From Leucoraja ocellata (lineage: Eukaryota): a stretch of DNA of 64,000 nt. Made by a program: the position numbers and the translations under genes. The notes below the pieces were generated by a model, which did not search any database, had not been told where the DNA came from, and saw only the letters and a list, made by a program, of their open reading frames with translations. The stretch is taken from the NCBI GenBank assembly GCA_036785375.1, contig JAWMAR010000113.1, positions 434,001 through 498,000 of the forward strand, given 5' to 3'. Each line of letters opens with the position of its first letter. Position 1 is the first letter of the stretch. Positions 60,002 through 64,000 of this stretch are shown here, piece by piece.

Positions 60002-62714
60002 GTGCTGGATGAATTATGCATTGTTTTATTTAATAATGATTATTTAAAACATTGATTTCTATTGAGCATAGTTCACTTTTTTAAACTCTTGGTTTTCCCC
60101 ACCCATCGTCATGGCTGTGTTTTAATATCACACTGCCCTGTTGATGGCCGTTGCTGCTGGGTACCTCACTAAATTGGCTACGCCAAATAAGAATGCAGGA
60201 GTTCACAGCACTGGAGATCTGGGTTCGATCCTGACCTTGGGTGCTGTGGAGTTTGCATTTTTTTTTTTTTTTTGGTATGACTGTAAGGGAAAATAATTTT
60301 GTTGTCTCTTCGTTGAAGACAATGACAATAAATTAAATCAAATCAATCAAATCAAATCAAATCAATTCTCCCTGTGACTACGTGGCCAAGAGGGACCTGG
60401 TTGGGGGGGGGGGGGGGGGGGACAACCGAGATCAAAGAGGGACCCAGCGAGGGGACCACAGAGAACAATGGTGGACCATCAGTAGTATAATGAGTACTTT
60501 GTATCTTGATTGGCACCAGATATGTGGCGAATCCTTGCGTACTTTGTGCATTGTATGCAAAAACAAAGAATTTCACTGTACCTAGGTCCATGTGACAATA
60601 AAGTTATCATTCATTCATTTTCCTGTTATCCTAAAAGTGGATAACATAGAACTAGTGTGAACAGGTTGGTGTGGACAAAGTGGGCGGAAGGGCCTGTTTC
60701 CATGGTGTGATTTTCAATCCATTTAATCAAAACCTGATGATCAGCAAGCCTGACAGAGGGAACCTGATGCTGGCCGAGACCTATCTGATTCACACTTTAG
60801 CTACCACTGACAGTTGGATAGCAGCAGGGAAAGACATAATATACTGGACTATCTCAGCAGGTTCAAGCAGTATCACAAGTTCACAAGTTATAGGAGTAGA
60901 ATTAGGCCATTCGGCCCATCGAGTGTACTCCGCCATTCAATCGTGACTGATCTCTGTCTCCTAATACTTTTTTCCTGCCTTCTCCCCATAACCCATGACA
61001 CCCGTTATCCTTGGAGAATATGGAGGGGTCATGTTTCGGTTTGGGACCCTTCTTCAGACTGGATAGCAACAGTCTTGTCTTGCTTCTTCCATTTTCTCTC
61101 CAGTTTAGAGCACAGTTGGAGTGTGATCACTGATCATTTGATGAGTGAAATTGCAAATATTGGGCAGAATTACTATTGTACTTTTTATTCGAATTGGCAA
61201 TTGAGGCATTTTCATAAAATGTACTGAACCAGGACAAATAAGTTAAGTTTGATTTCTTCAATTTTGCCACAATTTTCATTTAGAAGGCACTGTTTTTCAA
61301 AGCCTTACAGTGAAAAAATAATTCCCGCTGAAAACTAAAAACAAATGAATCTCAGAAGGAGTTGTTCAATTGTTATTATACTGTCTTGGTCCCTGATGAC
61401 AACTTAACCAATGCTGTTTCTTCTTCAGTAAATGGGATGTGACTAAACTGCAGTCCTGCACAGCTTATCTAATAACTACACCTTTTCTTTGTGCCTTTGC
61501 ATGTGGAGAGATTTTCTGTAGATGAGATACTTGGTCATTAAATGAAAAATTGGTGCAGGTGCAGCAGAAATTTGCCATTTGTTAACTCCTAGAGACAAAT
61601 ACTTGTTTTTACAGGCAGCACCCCAGATTAAAAGAAAAACATAGTTAATCTGTTTATTACAATACACACACACACACCAACGAATCAACCCACCAAGTCC
61701 ACTACTGAGGAATAGTCCCTTTTGGCCCACTATCCAATCTAACTAATCTCACCTTCTTTTCACATTACTGTACACAAAAAGGTGACAAATGGGGTCAAAT
61801 TTTAAATTCCTTCTAAAAGGTTGACAAGCACTTTATTGGGTTCATGATTTACATAGTATCAACAACAAATATAAGAAAAGATAGCATATTGTTGGCAAGT
61901 ATCTGAAAGTGGCATCAGAATACACAAATACATGTTGTGTAACGGTTGTTGCGTGGTGTCCACCAGTGACCTGGTTGGCACAGTAAGTACACATATTTCT
62001 TATTCCTTTCTATATTTATGAATACCACATGGAACAAAAAAATTGAAAACACTGTTTCCACTTCATTCACCTGATCATTTCGTAGAATAGTGGATCCATC
62101 TGAGTGGACACCGCAATGCACGTTACACAAACGTTCGTTGAGGTGGACACTAAAAGGTTTGGTGTCCCAGAAAGTGAACGTTACATTATTAGCGAGAACC
62201 AAGCATTTTCACCAATGCGATTTCAACGGTACATTAACTTATGTATTTGAGCTATCGATGGCCGATGATTCGTCAGATCGCTTGATTAGGGCTGATTTTA
62301 TTTCTAAGTAAAATGTCTCCATAACGGTCTTTGCGGATCTTCCAACGGTTGACACGAAGGAATGAAGTTAGCGACTTGGTCCGTACTGCCATTGACTGTA
62401 TATTTTCTTCTTGCATTTGACCCTCCAAAGTGCAACATGTTACACTTGTCCAGATTAAACTCCATCTGCCATTTCTCTGCCGAGAATTCCACCTGCTCTA
62501 TCCTTTGACAACCTTCCTCACTATCTACAACTACACCAATTTAGTGTCATCTGCTTACACATTTTTCTTCAAATCAATAAAATATTTTTTTTTCGCACCA
62601 ATCTTGGTCACAGATTTCCAGTCGCTCTTCCCAACTACTATGCATTATGCTATATTCGGAAAATCACAACTATCCCACTTCAAAAAAAAAGTTATGGAAA
62701 ATATCTCTATATTC

Positions 62715-64000
62715 ATGTTCAAGAAGGAACTGCAGTTGCTGGAAAATCGAAGGTAGACAAAATTGCTGGAGAAACTCAGCGGGTACGGCAGCATCTATGG
62801 AGCAAAGGAAATGGGCAATGTTTCGGGCCGAAACGTTGCCTATTTGCTTCGCTCCATAGATGCTGCCGTACCCGCTGGTTTTCTCCAGAAATTTTGTCTA
62901 TCTCTATTTTCATATTGTTACACAGAAAAGCTGGAGAAACTCAGCGGGTGCAGCAGCATCTATGGAGCGAAGGAAATAGGCAACGTTTCGGGCCGAAACC
63001 CTTCTTCAGACTGATCGGGGGTGGGGGTGGGTGGGGACAAGAAAGGGAAAAGGAGGAGTAGCCAGAAGGCTGGAGGGTGGGAGGAGACAGCAGGGGAGCT
63101 GAGGAAGGGGAGGAGACAGCAAGGACTAACAGAATTGGGAGAATTCGATGTTCATGCCCCGGGGGTGTAGACTCCCCAAACGGAATATGAGGTGCTGTTC
63201 CTCCAATTTCCGGTGCTGCTCGCTGTGGCCATGGAGGAGACCCAGGACAGAGAGGTCGGAGGCGGAGTGGGAGGGGGAGTTGAAGTGCTGAGCCACCGGG
63301 AGGTCAGCTTGGTTATTGCGGACCGAGCAGAGGTGTTTGGCGAAACGATCGCCCAACCTCCGCTTGGTCTCACCGATATAGATCTGCTGGCATCTAGAGC
63401 AGCGGACGCAATAGATGAGGTTGGAAGAGATGCAGGTAAACCTCTGTCGCACCTGGAACGACTGCTTGGGTCCTTGAACGGAGTCGAGGGGGGAGGCAAA
63501 GGGACAAGTGTTGCATCTCCTGCGGCCGCAAGGGAAAGTGCCCGGGGAGGGGGTGGACCGAGAGGGAAGGGAAGAATTGACAAGGGAGTTATGGAGGGAG
63601 CGGTCTTTGCGGAAGGCAGATATGGGGGGAGATGGGAAGATGTGGCGAGTAGTGGGGTCACGTTGGAGGTGGCGAAACTGACGGAGGATTATTTTTTGTA
63701 TGTGACGGCTGGTGGGGTGAAAGGTGAGGACTAGGGGGACTCGGCCCTTGTTGCAAGTGCGGGGATGGGGAGAGAGAGCAGTGTTGCGGGGTATGGAAGA
63801 GACCCTGGTGCGAGCCTCATTTATGGTGGAGGAGGGGAACCCCCGTTCCCTGAATAGTGAGGACATTTCAGATGTCCTGGTGTGGAACGCCTCATCCGTG
63901 GAGCAGATGCGGCGTAGACGGAGGAATTGGGAGTAGGGGATGGAGTCCTTACAGGAAGCAGGGTGGGAAGAAGTGTAGTCCAGATAGCCATGGGAGTCAG
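62715..64000 (-). mobile_element. Penelope-like retroelement 3' portion with pLTR and fold-back pLTR
   Basis: Open frame from the window edge to 63126 encodes the RT thumb (SIPYSQFLRLRRICS) and GIY-YIG nuclease (LIYCVRC...IYIGETKRRLGDRF). pLTR copies at 62715-63015. Confidence 0.92.
63126..64000 (-). CDS. Penelope RT/GIY-YIG polyprotein C-terminus (partial)
   Basis: Uninterrupted frame of at least 246 aa with Zn-linker CxxxxCxxC and GIY-YIG motifs. Confidence 0.85.
   Translation of the reverse strand, partial: DSHGYLDYTSSHPASCKDSIPYSQFLRLRRICSTDEAFHTRTSEMSSLFRERGFPSSTINEARTRVSSIPRNTALSPHPRTCNKGRVPLVLTFHPTSRHIQKIILRQFRHLQRDPTTRHIFPSPPISAFRKDRSLHNSLVNSSLPSRSTPSPGTFPCGRRRCNTCPFASPLDSVQGPKQSFQVRQRFTCISSNLIYCVRCSRCQQIYIGETKRRLGDRFAKHLCSVRNNQADLPVAQHFNSPSHSASDLSVLGLLHGHSEQHRKLEEQHLIFRLGSLHPRGMNIEFSQFC

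Noticed and set aside
63192-63734. 180-aa plus-strand ORF
   Set aside because: Antisense shadow of the Penelope ORF.
60002-64000. GET1 exon 5 (GGVGITCW...)
   Set aside because: No matching sequence found; presumably downstream of the window.

Overview
Repeat-rich vertebrate genomic DNA, most likely an elasmobranch (skate, ray or shark), inferred from HE1/V-SINE-like, CR1, Rex1 and Penelope repeat content. Two host genes sit head-to-head on one CpG-rich, CCAAT-containing promoter, the same arrangement as human chr21. One is a complete six-exon HMGN1-like gene on the minus strand (CDS 21261-23047, 88 aa). The other is exons 1-4 of GET1/WRB on the plus strand (23685-60001; exon 5 lies beyond the window). 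The HMGN1 orthologue keeps its phase-0 exon architecture, acidic C-terminus and a deeply conserved 3'UTR block, but the family-defining RRSARLSA nucleosome-binding core is replaced by SPPPILMQLRK. The 31-kb GET1 intron 1 holds an antisense, internally deleted endogenous retrovirus (tRNA-Pro PBS; MA, NC, PR, RNase H, partial IN) with a 2H-phosphoesterase-like module after the protease. Also present: non-autonomous Helitrons, a CGGBP1-like hAT fossil, Harbinger- and ISL2EU-like MITEs, Penelope elements with minimal hammerhead-ribozyme motifs and several local inverted or direct duplications. Two assembly gaps: 7554-7687 and 41548-41830. All identifications are by eye and from memory, with no database search.
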